Positions 1 through 6,427 are shown, counted from the stretch's first letter. The stretch is 31,912 bases of DNA from a virus (IMGVR_UViG_3300032227_000840:1-31912), one strand, 5' to 3'. The notes: a model not told the origin generated them from the letters alone. Numbers and translations are program-made.

Positions 1-123
1 CCCGATGGCACGCGGGGCCCGCCTAGCCCGGCATCTGGTGATCGCCGCCTGGCGGCCGCTGCGGGCCCTGGAGGACCTGCTCGACGAGGTCGAGCGGACA
101 CGGTGCCCCGTGAATAGCGTCAC
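1..123. repeat. Terminal direct repeat, left copy (circular assembly overlap)
   Basis: 1-123 is identical to 31790-31912, and an ORF reads through the junction. Confidence 0.97.
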
Positions 124-199
124 CGTCCTTCGGGCCCGGGCGGCCCTGGAACACGCGATGCCCTACCTCGAGGACGCCGACGGGGAGATCTGGAAATGA
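1..199 (+). CDS. Hypothetical protein, 3' part; gene starts at 31728 and crosses the circular junction
   Basis: In frame with ATG 31728 (MSRMTSRND...HPMARGARL...DGEIWK). The stop overlaps the next ATG (ATGA, 196-199). Confidence 0.75.
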   Translation, partial: PMARGARLARHLVIAAWRPLRALEDLLDEVERTRCPVNSVTVLRARAALEHAMPYLEDADGEIWK

Positions 200-465
200 C
201 GCTGGAGCAGTTCCTCGCGGCCTGGATCGTCGGGTCGTCAATCCTGTCGGCCGCGTTCGCGATGGTCGCGATCGTGATCGCCATACACACATTCACGGAC
301 GAGGCCGAGGCCACGGAACGGCGTCGGCAAGGAGACCGGCTGGAGGCCGGGCTGGACGGAGTCGAGGAGGCACGGGCGGAGGATCCCGCCCGTGCCGTCG
401 CCTCGCGGGTGTTCCGCGAGACGGGCTGGATGTCTGCAAACAATGCGAGGAGGTACGGGATATGA
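196..465 (+). CDS. Small membrane protein
   Basis: N-terminal hydrophobic helix (FLAAWIVGSSILSAAFAMVAIVIAI). ATGA coupling at both ends. Confidence 0.75.
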   Translation: MTLEQFLAAWIVGSSILSAAFAMVAIVIAIHTFTDEAEATERRRQGDRLEAGLDGVEEARAEDPARAVASRVFRETGWMSANNARRYGI

Positions 466-1376
466 CTATTTCCATCAGGAAGGCGAAGAGGTCGGCAACA
501 AAGCTGCGGATTCTGCTGACGAGCCCGAGCGGCGGCGGGAAGACGTTCGGAGCCCTGCTCCTGGCGAAGGGACTCGGCGGGAAGACGGTCGTCATCGACA
601 CCGAGGAAGGGTCGAGCGACCTCTACGACGAGCTGCACGAGTTCGACGTAATCGACCTGAAGCCTCCGTTCACGCCGGAGAGGTACGTCGAGGCGATCTC
701 GGGGGCCGAGGCCGCCGGCTACGAGGTGATCGTCATCGACTCAGTCACCCACTGCTGGAGCGGCAAGGGCGGGTGCCTGGAGTTGGTCGACGACATCGCG
801 AAGGCACAGTTCCGCGGGAACACATGGTCGGCCTTCTCGGTGATCACGCCTCGGTGGCGGGCATTCGTCGACGCGATCCTCCGGTCGTCGGCCCATGTGA
901 TTTGCACGGGACGCAGTAAGACCGAGACCGCCCAGGTAGAGGATCACGGGCGGAAGAAGGTGACAAAGCTCGGGATGAAGCTTGAGGCCCGCGACGGCCT
1001 GGAGTACGAGTTCACGACCGTTCTCGACCTGGTCCACGACGGCCACTACGCGACAGTCTCGAAGGATCGGACCGGGATCTTCGGCGGAGACCCGAAGCCG
1101 ATCACGGTCGAGACCGGGAAGCGGCTGGCCGAATGGCTGGCGGGTGGCGAGGCCGTGAAGGCCGAGCCGGCAGCCAAGCCGGCCCCGGCCCTGTACCACG
1201 AGATCGCGTTGTTCATCGCCCAGGCGGCGAACGTGCGGACGCTCGGGAAGATCGGCAACCGGCTCGACGAGCTGGTCTCGACCGACCAGATCACAGCCGA
1301 CGAGTGGTCGCAGCTCACAGACCGTCTGAACGAGCGGCACAAGCAAATCGAGCCGGTCCAGGAGGTCGCCTCGTGA
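462..1376 (+). CDS. Sak4-like AAA-family ATPase (phage single-strand annealing/recombination protein)
   Basis: Walker A SPSGGGKT, IDTE, Walker B VIVIDS, EYEFT and KDRTG motifs; lies next to an SSB-like gene. Confidence 0.8.
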   Translation: MTISIRKAKRSATKLRILLTSPSGGGKTFGALLLAKGLGGKTVVIDTEEGSSDLYDELHEFDVIDLKPPFTPERYVEAISGAEAAGYEVIVIDSVTHCWSGKGGCLELVDDIAKAQFRGNTWSAFSVITPRWRAFVDAILRSSAHVICTGRSKTETAQVEDHGRKKVTKLGMKLEARDGLEYEFTTVLDLVHDGHYATVSKDRTGIFGGDPKPITVETGKRLAEWLAGGEAVKAEPAAKPAPALYHEIALFIAQAANVRTLGKIGNRLDELVSTDQITADEWSQLTDRLNERHKQIEPVQEVAS

Positions 1377-1627
1377 CCATCCTCGAACACCTGACGTTCT
1401 CCGGCCTGCGGCACGACCACGACCGCGACTGGTTCCGCTGCTCGGACCTGGTCGACGCGTCGCAGGCCGCCGGCTACCGGATGACGCGCTATGAGATCAG
1501 GACGGCGATCGCTCACCTTCCGAAGCCGGAGAAGGCCTACGGCCACAACCACTACGGCCGCGACCACTTGATCGCCGTGATCGAGTTCGCGGAATCCATG
1601 TCGCAGAAAGGAATCGACAATGCCTAG
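1373..1627 (+). CDS. Hypothetical protein (MTILEHLTF...GIDNA)
   Basis: GTG overlaps the upstream stop (GTGA) with GGAGG at 1361; fills the gap in the operon. Confidence 0.7.
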   Translation: MTILEHLTFSGLRHDHDRDWFRCSDLVDASQAAGYRMTRYEIRTAIAHLPKPEKAYGHNHYGRDHLIAVIEFAESMSQKGIDNA

Positions 1628-2192
1628 CTGGGGAATCGACGAAGAGTTCACAGACACCGCCACGGCTGACTCGAAGGCACCGGAACGCGAGCTCGTCCCA
1701 GAGGGCGACCACGAGTTCACGGTGAAGGCCGTGATCGACTCGCCCGAGCGTGTCGAGATCCGCCTGGCCCACGACGACCGACGCTTCGGCTGGGTCTTTG
1801 CCCGGATGCCGAAGACGGCGAACTGGGCGAAGCGGATCCTCTCGACGTTTAGGACATCGCTCGGGATCACACGCGAGGCCTGGGCCGGGACGACGCTGAA
1901 AGACTTTGAGGGCCTTCGGGTGAAGGCTCGCGTCTACCACAAGGCCGGTACCAGTGGCGGCACGTTCGTCAACGTGGCCGAGTTTCTGCCGGGGGCCGGA
2001 GCGGCACCAGTCGAGACCGCGACCGCGAAGCCGACCGTCGAGCGAGCGGTCGCGCCGCCGAGCTCGAGGCCGCCTGCGAATCGGACGCCGACGAAGAAGG
2101 CCGACGCGGCGGCGTCGATGCCGGACGACGACATTCCGTTCCTCTGGCTCCTGGCGTTCGTCGCCGCTGCCTGCTCGCAGGTGATCGCATGA
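1620..2192 (+). CDS. DUF669-like single-stranded DNA-binding protein with a hydrophobic C-terminal extension
   Basis: LVPEGDHEFTV N-terminal motif, Pro/Ala linker and DDDIPF motif; downstream of the Sak4-like gene; AAGGA RBS. Confidence 0.7.
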   Translation: MPSWGIDEEFTDTATADSKAPERELVPEGDHEFTVKAVIDSPERVEIRLAHDDRRFGWVFARMPKTANWAKRILSTFRTSLGITREAWAGTTLKDFEGLRVKARVYHKAGTSGGTFVNVAEFLPGAGAAPVETATAKPTVERAVAPPSSRPPANRTPTKKADAAASMPDDDIPFLWLLAFVAAACSQVIA

Positions 2193-2617
2193 CACAGAAG
2201 CCGTGTTTCCGCTGCCGCGAGCGTAAGCCGATGTCGGAGTTCTACCGTCACGCGGCGATGGCCGACGGACACCTGAACAAATGCAAGGCCTGCTGTCGTG
2301 CCGACGCGATCGCCAACAGGCGAGCGAAGGTCGACTACTACCGTGCATATGACAGGGCCAGGACGCAGACCAGTGACCGCCGCGAGTGGGCCGCCGGAAG
2401 GCTCCGGTCGTATCGGTCTCGGAATCCGCTGAAGAATGCCGCGAGGGCTGCGGTCAACCGTGCCGTCAGGTCCGGATCTCTGGCCCGCCGGCCGTGCGAG
2501 GTCTGCGGCTGCGATCAGGTTGACGCCCACCACGACGACTACTCGAAGCCGCTGGCGGTTCGGTGGCTTTGCCGGATCCATCACCTGATGGCTCACGGAA
2601 GGTACCAGACCAACTGA
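2189..2617 (+). CDS. Zn-binding HNH-like protein
   Basis: CFRC, CKAC and CEVC pairs plus AHHDDYSKPLAVRWLCRIHH. Confidence 0.75.
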   Translation: MTQKPCFRCRERKPMSEFYRHAAMADGHLNKCKACCRADAIANRRAKVDYYRAYDRARTQTSDRREWAAGRLRSYRSRNPLKNAARAAVNRAVRSGSLARRPCEVCGCDQVDAHHDDYSKPLAVRWLCRIHHLMAHGRYQTN

Positions 2618-2625
2618 GGATCCAC

Positions 2626-2764
2626 GGCCCGCTCCCGGGCCTCAGTGGCTGCCTATCTCGGCCACAGGGAGAGCGCTGCCGGCGGTCGCGATGTAACACC
2701 GGCACCTGGTGAGGACGTTTCCTCTCACGACCTGCACCAGGCGACCGCCCCACGACACGGGGCC
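2626..2764 (+). ncRNA. Candidate structured intergenic RNA (multi-stem, pseudoknot)
   Basis: Five stems plus a loop-to-downstream pairing (GGCGGTCGC 2681-2689 with GCGACCGCC 2741-2749) in an otherwise gapless operon. Family not recognised. Confidence 0.45.
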
Positions 2765-2781
2765 AACACACGGAGGTCAGG

Positions 2782-3000
2782 ATGACGATCACGGACGCGA
2801 TCGACGCGATAAACACGGCAGCCGACCGGCACGCCGCGATGCAGATCGCCAACGCCGTCGCGATGGAGTCGATGGACGGCGCGAGACCCTACGCCGACGA
2901 GCTTGCCGTCCGTCGTGCCTGGTTTGAGCGGTGGGGAAACGGCCCGCAGCAGCTCGGCTACGCCGGGCCACGGGCCGGCACCAACTGGACGGGGGACTGA
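2782..3000 (+). CDS. Hypothetical protein
   Basis: GGAGG RBS upstream, 72 aa, typical composition. Confidence 0.7.
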   Translation: MTITDAIDAINTAADRHAAMQIANAVAMESMDGARPYADELAVRRAWFERWGNGPQQLGYAGPRAGTNWTGD

Positions 3001-3002
3001 TC

Positions 3003-3371
3003 ATGGCACTACGGACCAGCATGGAAGCGATCGAGGCCATGCCGATCTTCGCCAAGGCGAAGCCGGCGGCCGTCGGCCATGCCGCGGCCGAGGCCTGCGC
3101 GGCGAAGGCCGAGCGGACGACCGCGTTCGACGCCGGCCGGGCCAGGGCCGCTGTGCTCGAGGTCCTGGCGGACGGCCAGGCCCGCAGCGGCGAGCAGCTC
3201 GTCGATCACTGCCAGCGGATCGGGATAGTGCCACATGACGCGAGAGCGTTCGGGGCCGTGTTCGGCAAGCTGAAGCGGGACGGGCTGATCGAGGAGGCCG
3301 GGTTCGTCGCCAGGTCAAAGGGCCACGGGACGAGCGGTGGGCGGCTATGGAGGGCCACGCATGGCCGGTGA
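3003..3371 (+). CDS. Putative winged-helix DNA-binding protein
   Basis: Starts MALRTSMEAI right after the upstream stop. Helix-helix-wing pattern AVLEVLADG..SGEQLV..FGAVFGKLKRDGLIEEAG..LWR. Confidence 0.6.
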   Translation: MALRTSMEAIEAMPIFAKAKPAAVGHAAAEACAAKAERTTAFDAGRARAAVLEVLADGQARSGEQLVDHCQRIGIVPHDARAFGAVFGKLKRDGLIEEAGFVARSKGHGTSGGRLWRATHGR

Positions 3372-4221
3372 ATGGATTCCCTACGACGTTTGCCTACCCC
3401 AGAAGCCCGAGGTCCTGGACCTCGTCGACCGGACCGGCCTCGAGGTCGACCAGGTCGTCGGTCGGCTTCTGATGCTATGGGGATGGTCGGCACTGAACAG
3501 CTCCGACGGGTCGGCCCGGATGTCGCTCCGGCTCCTGTCGAAGGTCTGCGGGGGCGACGAGGCGTTCTGGTACGCGGTCCAGGAAGTCGGCTGGCTCGTG
3601 ATCGACGCGGAAAACGGAACAGTTGGTATCCCCGGATGGGACGCCAGGTTCTCAAAAGCCGCTAAATCAAGGGCCATGGCGACCGTCAGGCACCAGGTCG
3701 ACAAGGTTGGGGGCGCTACGCGCCCCCAGCGGGGGCGCGTAGCGCCCCCAGCCGGGGCGCAGCGCGCCAGAGAGAGAGGAGATAGAAGTTCTTCTTCTTC
3801 CCCCGGGACGGCTGAGCATGGAGACCAAGAGCCGGGCGACTGGGAGGCCCTGCGGAAGGCCTGGCAGGCCGGCAAGGGCCGCCCGTGGAATCTGCCAGAC
3901 CCGCCAGACAAGGCCGCCGACCGGCTGGCCGAGCCCGGCTGGTACGCGAAGGCCCTGGCGGCGATCGAGGCCCTCCCTCGCTGCCGCTACTTCCGCGACC
4001 CCGTGACGCTGCCGCAGCTCGTCGCGCCGGGATTCGTCGACAAGGTCCTCGGGGGCCAGTTCGACAACGCGAGGGATCACGCGCCGGCCCGCGGCGGCTA
4101 CCGCGGCGGCCAGGAAGACCGGCCGCCTCCGCAGGCCTGGTCGGGGAGCGACGCTGCCGCCTTCGAGGCGACGAAGCGGAAGCTCGCGGATCAGATCAGG
4201 TCACAGGAGGGCGCGGCGTAA
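3361..4221 (+). CDS. Phage replication initiator protein
   Basis: N-terminus MAGEWIP..LPQKPEV..VVGRLLMLWGW resembles lambdoid-prophage initiators. The central linker is encoded by ori-like repeats. GGAGG RBS. Confidence 0.7.
   Translation: MAGEWIPYDVCLPQKPEVLDLVDRTGLEVDQVVGRLLMLWGWSALNSSDGSARMSLRLLSKVCGGDEAFWYAVQEVGWLVIDAENGTVGIPGWDARFSKAAKSRAMATVRHQVDKVGGATRPQRGRVAPPAGAQRARERGDRSSSSSPGTAEHGDQEPGDWEALRKAWQAGKGRPWNLPDPPDKAADRLAEPGWYAKALAAIEALPRCRYFRDPVTLPQLVAPGFVDKVLGGQFDNARDHAPARGGYRGGQEDRPPPQAWSGSDAAAFEATKRKLADQIRSQEGAA
3708..3807. other. Putative replication origin within the initiator gene
   Basis: Perfect 20-bp inverted repeat (3708-3727/3731-3750), followed by a purine tract AGAGAGAGAGGAGATAGAAG and a pyrimidine tract TTCTTCTTCTTCCCCC. 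Confidence 0.55.
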
Positions 4222-4448
4222 TGGGACGACCACTCAACACCGGATCGGAGCCATGGGTCGATCCTGCCGAGGACGCCGCGAGCATGTCGAGTCTTCGGCT
4301 CGCTCCGGCGATCGAGGCCGAGGCCCGCAAACTCCGCGATGCTCACATCGGGCGACGCATGGCCGAGACCGAGGAGGCCGCGAGCGCGAAGATCGCGAAA
4401 TGGGCCGCCGGGATCTGCCGGCCACGGAGCGGAGGCCACAGGACGTGA
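4221..4448 (+). CDS. Hypothetical protein (MGRPLNTG...GGHRT)
   Basis: TAATG overlap with the initiator stop; AGGAGG RBS. Confidence 0.65.
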   Translation: MGRPLNTGSEPWVDPAEDAASMSSLRLAPAIEAEARKLRDAHIGRRMAETEEAASAKIAKWAAGICRPRSGGHRT

Positions 4449-4451
4449 GCG

Positions 4452-4541
4452 AGAGAACACGCAGGATCAGGAGCATCGCATGAGTGACGAAACGAAACCG
4501 CAGGACTCGGCAGCGATGTCTCCTGCATTCGCTGGTTCTCA
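4452..4541 (-). other. attC-like site 1
   Basis: Minus strand: TGAGAAC-CAGCG-AATGCAGG-AG-A-CATCGC...GCGATG-CT-CCTGATC-CTGCGT-GTTCTCT. This gives 7-5-8 / 7-6-7 box spacing with two unpaired bases on one arm. Confidence 0.8.
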
Positions 4542-4779
4542 GCCTGTAGCGTGGCGTGTCTATTCCGACGACGGCAGCGAGGCTGTCTACTCGCTTTACG
4601 AGCAGGCCCGCGCCGCAGCGGACGAATGGAACTGGAGCGTAGAGCCGCTCTACCGCCACCCGCGCCCAATGCTGACAGATAGAGAGATTGAAGCCCTTGA
4701 GTGGGCTGCAATAACTGCCAGCGAATCACTGGGGCACGCCGAAGCGATTCGCGGATTGCTTGAGCGATTGGATGACTGA
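4480..4779 (+). CDS. Cassette-borne hypothetical protein with LTD.E.EA...LLERL C-terminal motif
   Basis: AGGAG RBS and ATG lie inside attC-like site 1; sequence MSDETKPQDSAAMSPAFAGSQPVAW... Confidence 0.75.
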   Translation: MSDETKPQDSAAMSPAFAGSQPVAWRVYSDDGSEAVYSLYEQARAAADEWNWSVEPLYRHPRPMLTDREIEALEWAAITASESLGHAEAIRGLLERLDD

Positions 4780-5008
4780 TATGCGAGACGGGATACAGTG
4801 GTACGAGTTTCTTATTGCAGCAACTGTCTGCCCTGCGTCGTTCTTCTGGTCTGTGTGGCTTATTGGGTGGCTGACCAACTCAGACCCGCTGATTGAAGAA
4901 ATATGGCGGCTGCGAGGGCAAAACTCCGTGCTGCGCGAGCGGCTGGAGCAACTGGAGGGCGAGCGGCGGCGAGATGCAGATACGCTTCGCAAGGTGATCG
5001 GGAAGTGA
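4772..5008 (+). CDS. Cassette-borne membrane protein with coiled coil
   Basis: Hydrophobic FLIAATVCPASFFWSVWLIGWL followed by a heptad-like tail. The stop TGA forms part of the next core site, TGAGAAC. Confidence 0.65.
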   Translation: MTDMRDGIQWYEFLIAATVCPASFFWSVWLIGWLTNSDPLIEEIWRLRGQNSVLRERLEQLEGERRRDADTLRKVIGK

Positions 5009-5030
5009 GAACGCGTAGGATCAGGAGCGG
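5006..5030 (-). other. Truncated attC-like site (one arm only)
   Basis: TGAGAACGCGTAGGATCAGGAGCGG matches the left arms at 4453 and 5424; no partner arm follows. Confidence 0.65.
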
Positions 5031-5155
5031 TTGCTCCGCTGTATCGCCAGCCGAAACTCACCGACGCGGAGCAGAGGGCGATTGCGGTGGCGATTGTAGG
5101 CTCGCTTCCGTCTTACGCCGCCACGCTCCGCAACCTTTTGGAACGTATGACGTGA
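5030..5155 (+). pseudogene. 5'-deleted remnant of an LTD-motif cassette gene
   Basis: The frame reads VAPLYRQPKLTDAEQRAIAVAIVGSLPSYAATLRNLLERMT*, has no start codon, and is paralogous to the C-termini of 4480-4779 and 5182-5424. Confidence 0.65.
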
Positions 5156-5181
5156 CGCTCTAGAAAATCAGGTGCAGACAA

Positions 5182-5424
5182 ATGAGAGACAGCGAAATCA
5201 TTGCCATGCTCAAGAACGACTGCCCAATGTGCGGCCCCGCTGACTGCGCGTGCACGGCTACTGAGCAGGATCAATACAGAGAGATACAACGCCTGCGGCT
5301 CACCGACGAGGAGCGGGAGGCGATTGAGTTGTCGGCAGGCGACTACCTCTACCACCAAGACGCTGGAGGCCGAGCGCAGTGGATTCGGAAAACGCTGCTA
5401 GGGTTACTGGAACGACTGAAGTGA
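5182..5424 (+). CDS. Cassette-borne hypothetical protein (CxxCxxxxCxC plus LTD motif)
   Basis: CPMCGPADCAC and LTDEEREAIE...LLGLLERLK. The stop is embedded in TGAGAAC of the next site. Confidence 0.75.
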   Translation: MRDSEIIAMLKNDCPMCGPADCACTATEQDQYREIQRLRLTDEEREAIELSAGDYLYHQDAGGRAQWIRKTLLGLLERLK

Positions 5425-5510
5425 GAACGCCCAGGATCAGCGGCAGCGATGAAAGGACTCACTATGCTTAAAGACTATGCAACGCTGTCCGCTGCATCCG
5501 TTGGTTCTGC
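5422..5510 (-). other. attC-like site 2
   Basis: Minus strand: GCAGAAC-CAACG-GATGCAGC-GG-A-CAGCG...CGCTG-CC-GCTGATC-CTGGGC-GTTCTCA. Same spacing and same unpaired G and A as site 1, with compensatory stem changes. Confidence 0.82.
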
Positions 5511-5901
5511 CTGCTTTGAGTGCGGCGGTCTTGCCGACGTTGAGCATCACGTTGTTCCGAGATCACGAGGCGGCACGAAGACGGTGCGGCTGTGCGAGGA
5601 TTGCCACGGCAAGGCGCACGGAAGGGCGATGACCACGAACGCCCTCACGCGAGAGGCTCTTGCTCGCAAGCGGGCGAACGGCGAGCGAACTGGGCAGACT
5701 CCATTTGGGTTTGACCTCGCCAGCGATGGCCTGACGCTGATTCCCAACGCCGGCGAGCAGGAGTCGTTGGGTGTTATTCGGGGGCTGCGAACACAGGGAA
5801 TGACCCTTCGGGAGATTGCGGCTGAGATGAATCGGCGAGGCATCCGAACGAAAAAGGGCGGGCCTTGGGTTCATTCGACGATCCAGAGGATTGTCGGCTG
5901 A
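5464..5901 (+). CDS. HNH domain fused to a serine-recombinase-type DNA-binding 'recombinase' domain
   Basis: CFEC..HHVVPRSRGG..LCEDCHGKAH, then PFGF..IPNAGEQ..GMTLREIAAEMNRRGIRTKKGGPWVHSTIQRI. Start at 5464 (AAGGA RBS) or 5449, both inside attC-like site 2. Confidence 0.8.
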   Translation: MLKDYATLSAASVGSACFECGGLADVEHHVVPRSRGGTKTVRLCEDCHGKAHGRAMTTNALTREALARKRANGERTGQTPFGFDLASDGLTLIPNAGEQESLGVIRGLRTQGMTLREIAAEMNRRGIRTKKGGPWVHSTIQRIVG

Positions 5902-5904
5902 CAT

Positions 5905-6039
5905 AGGCAGAACCAGTGATTATGCGGACCCGGATATTCACCAATAACACGCCGTCCAGCCGCATATCACGCCGCCGATTCGCGCCACACGGCCGCTAGA
6001 CGCTGATCGCCGCCGCTATCGTGGTCCGCATAACACGCC
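5905..6039 (-). other. attI-like site
   Basis: Minus strand GCATAAT-CACTG-GTTCTGC (7-5-7 simple site), preceded by three direct repeats (plus strand ATA[A/T]CACGCC at 5944, 5964 and 6030). Confidence 0.6.
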
Positions 6040-6103
6040 TCGGTGATTCCATTGAATCCGCCCTCCACAGACCGCCAATAGACTCGACCGCGGAGGGCCA
6101 CGG

Positions 6104-6403
6104 ATGGCTTGTCTTCACCTGACGACCGAGCAGCTCGAGAAGGAGTTCGTCGCCGTGTTCGGCGACGGGGTCGCCGTGCCGACGAAGCTGTGGGTCGACC
6201 ACTTCCACGATTACCACACGTTCATTCGCGTCGTCTTCCCGAAGTTCACAGGGAAAGGGGCCGACCGGCTCCAAGACCTCCGCGACCGGCTGATGATCAA
6301 GTACGGATTCAAGCGGGCCGAGCTGTCGATCGTCGTCTTCATGGACGACGACTCCTACGACTTCTTCGCAGCCCACCGGCTCCACATTCACCTCGCCGGT
6401 TGA
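6104..6403 (+). CDS. Hypothetical protein
   Basis: GGAGG RBS, 99 aa, phage-like codon usage. Confidence 0.75.
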   Translation: MACLHLTTEQLEKEFVAVFGDGVAVPTKLWVDHFHDYHTFIRVVFPKFTGKGADRLQDLRDRLMIKYGFKRAELSIVVFMDDDSYDFFAAHRLHIHLAG

Positions 6404-6427
6404 TTCGCAGGGCAGGAAATCTACGGT
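6400..6427 (+). promoter_or_regulatory. Sigma70-like promoter candidate
   Basis: TTGATT-N16-TACGGT; the same architecture recurs at 27943, 30795 and 31379. Confidence 0.4.

Larger units (their letters stand above)
4453..6039 (-). mobile_element. Integron-like cassette array (attI-like site plus attC-like sites) lacking an integron integrase
   Basis: Two full attC-like sites, one half site and one attI-like site, all co-oriented on the - strand. Cassette ends are self-complementary, and the segment is AT-richer than its flanks. Confidence 0.75.

Noticed and set aside
4531-4545. Shuffling of N-terminal leaders by crossover at the plus-strand GTT inside the ORFs
   Set aside because: Bulge position, spacer lengths and cassette-end complementarity all place the crossover at the left AAC, so leader and gene travel together.
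5156-5181. Additional att site before ORF 5182
   Set aside because: No AAC/GTT core or paired arms are visible.
4453-5930. GAGAAC..GGATCAG repeats as a CRISPR array or simple terminators
   Set aside because: The copies are hundreds of bases apart with genes between them, there are no cas genes or U-tracts, and the bulged asymmetric stems fit attC.
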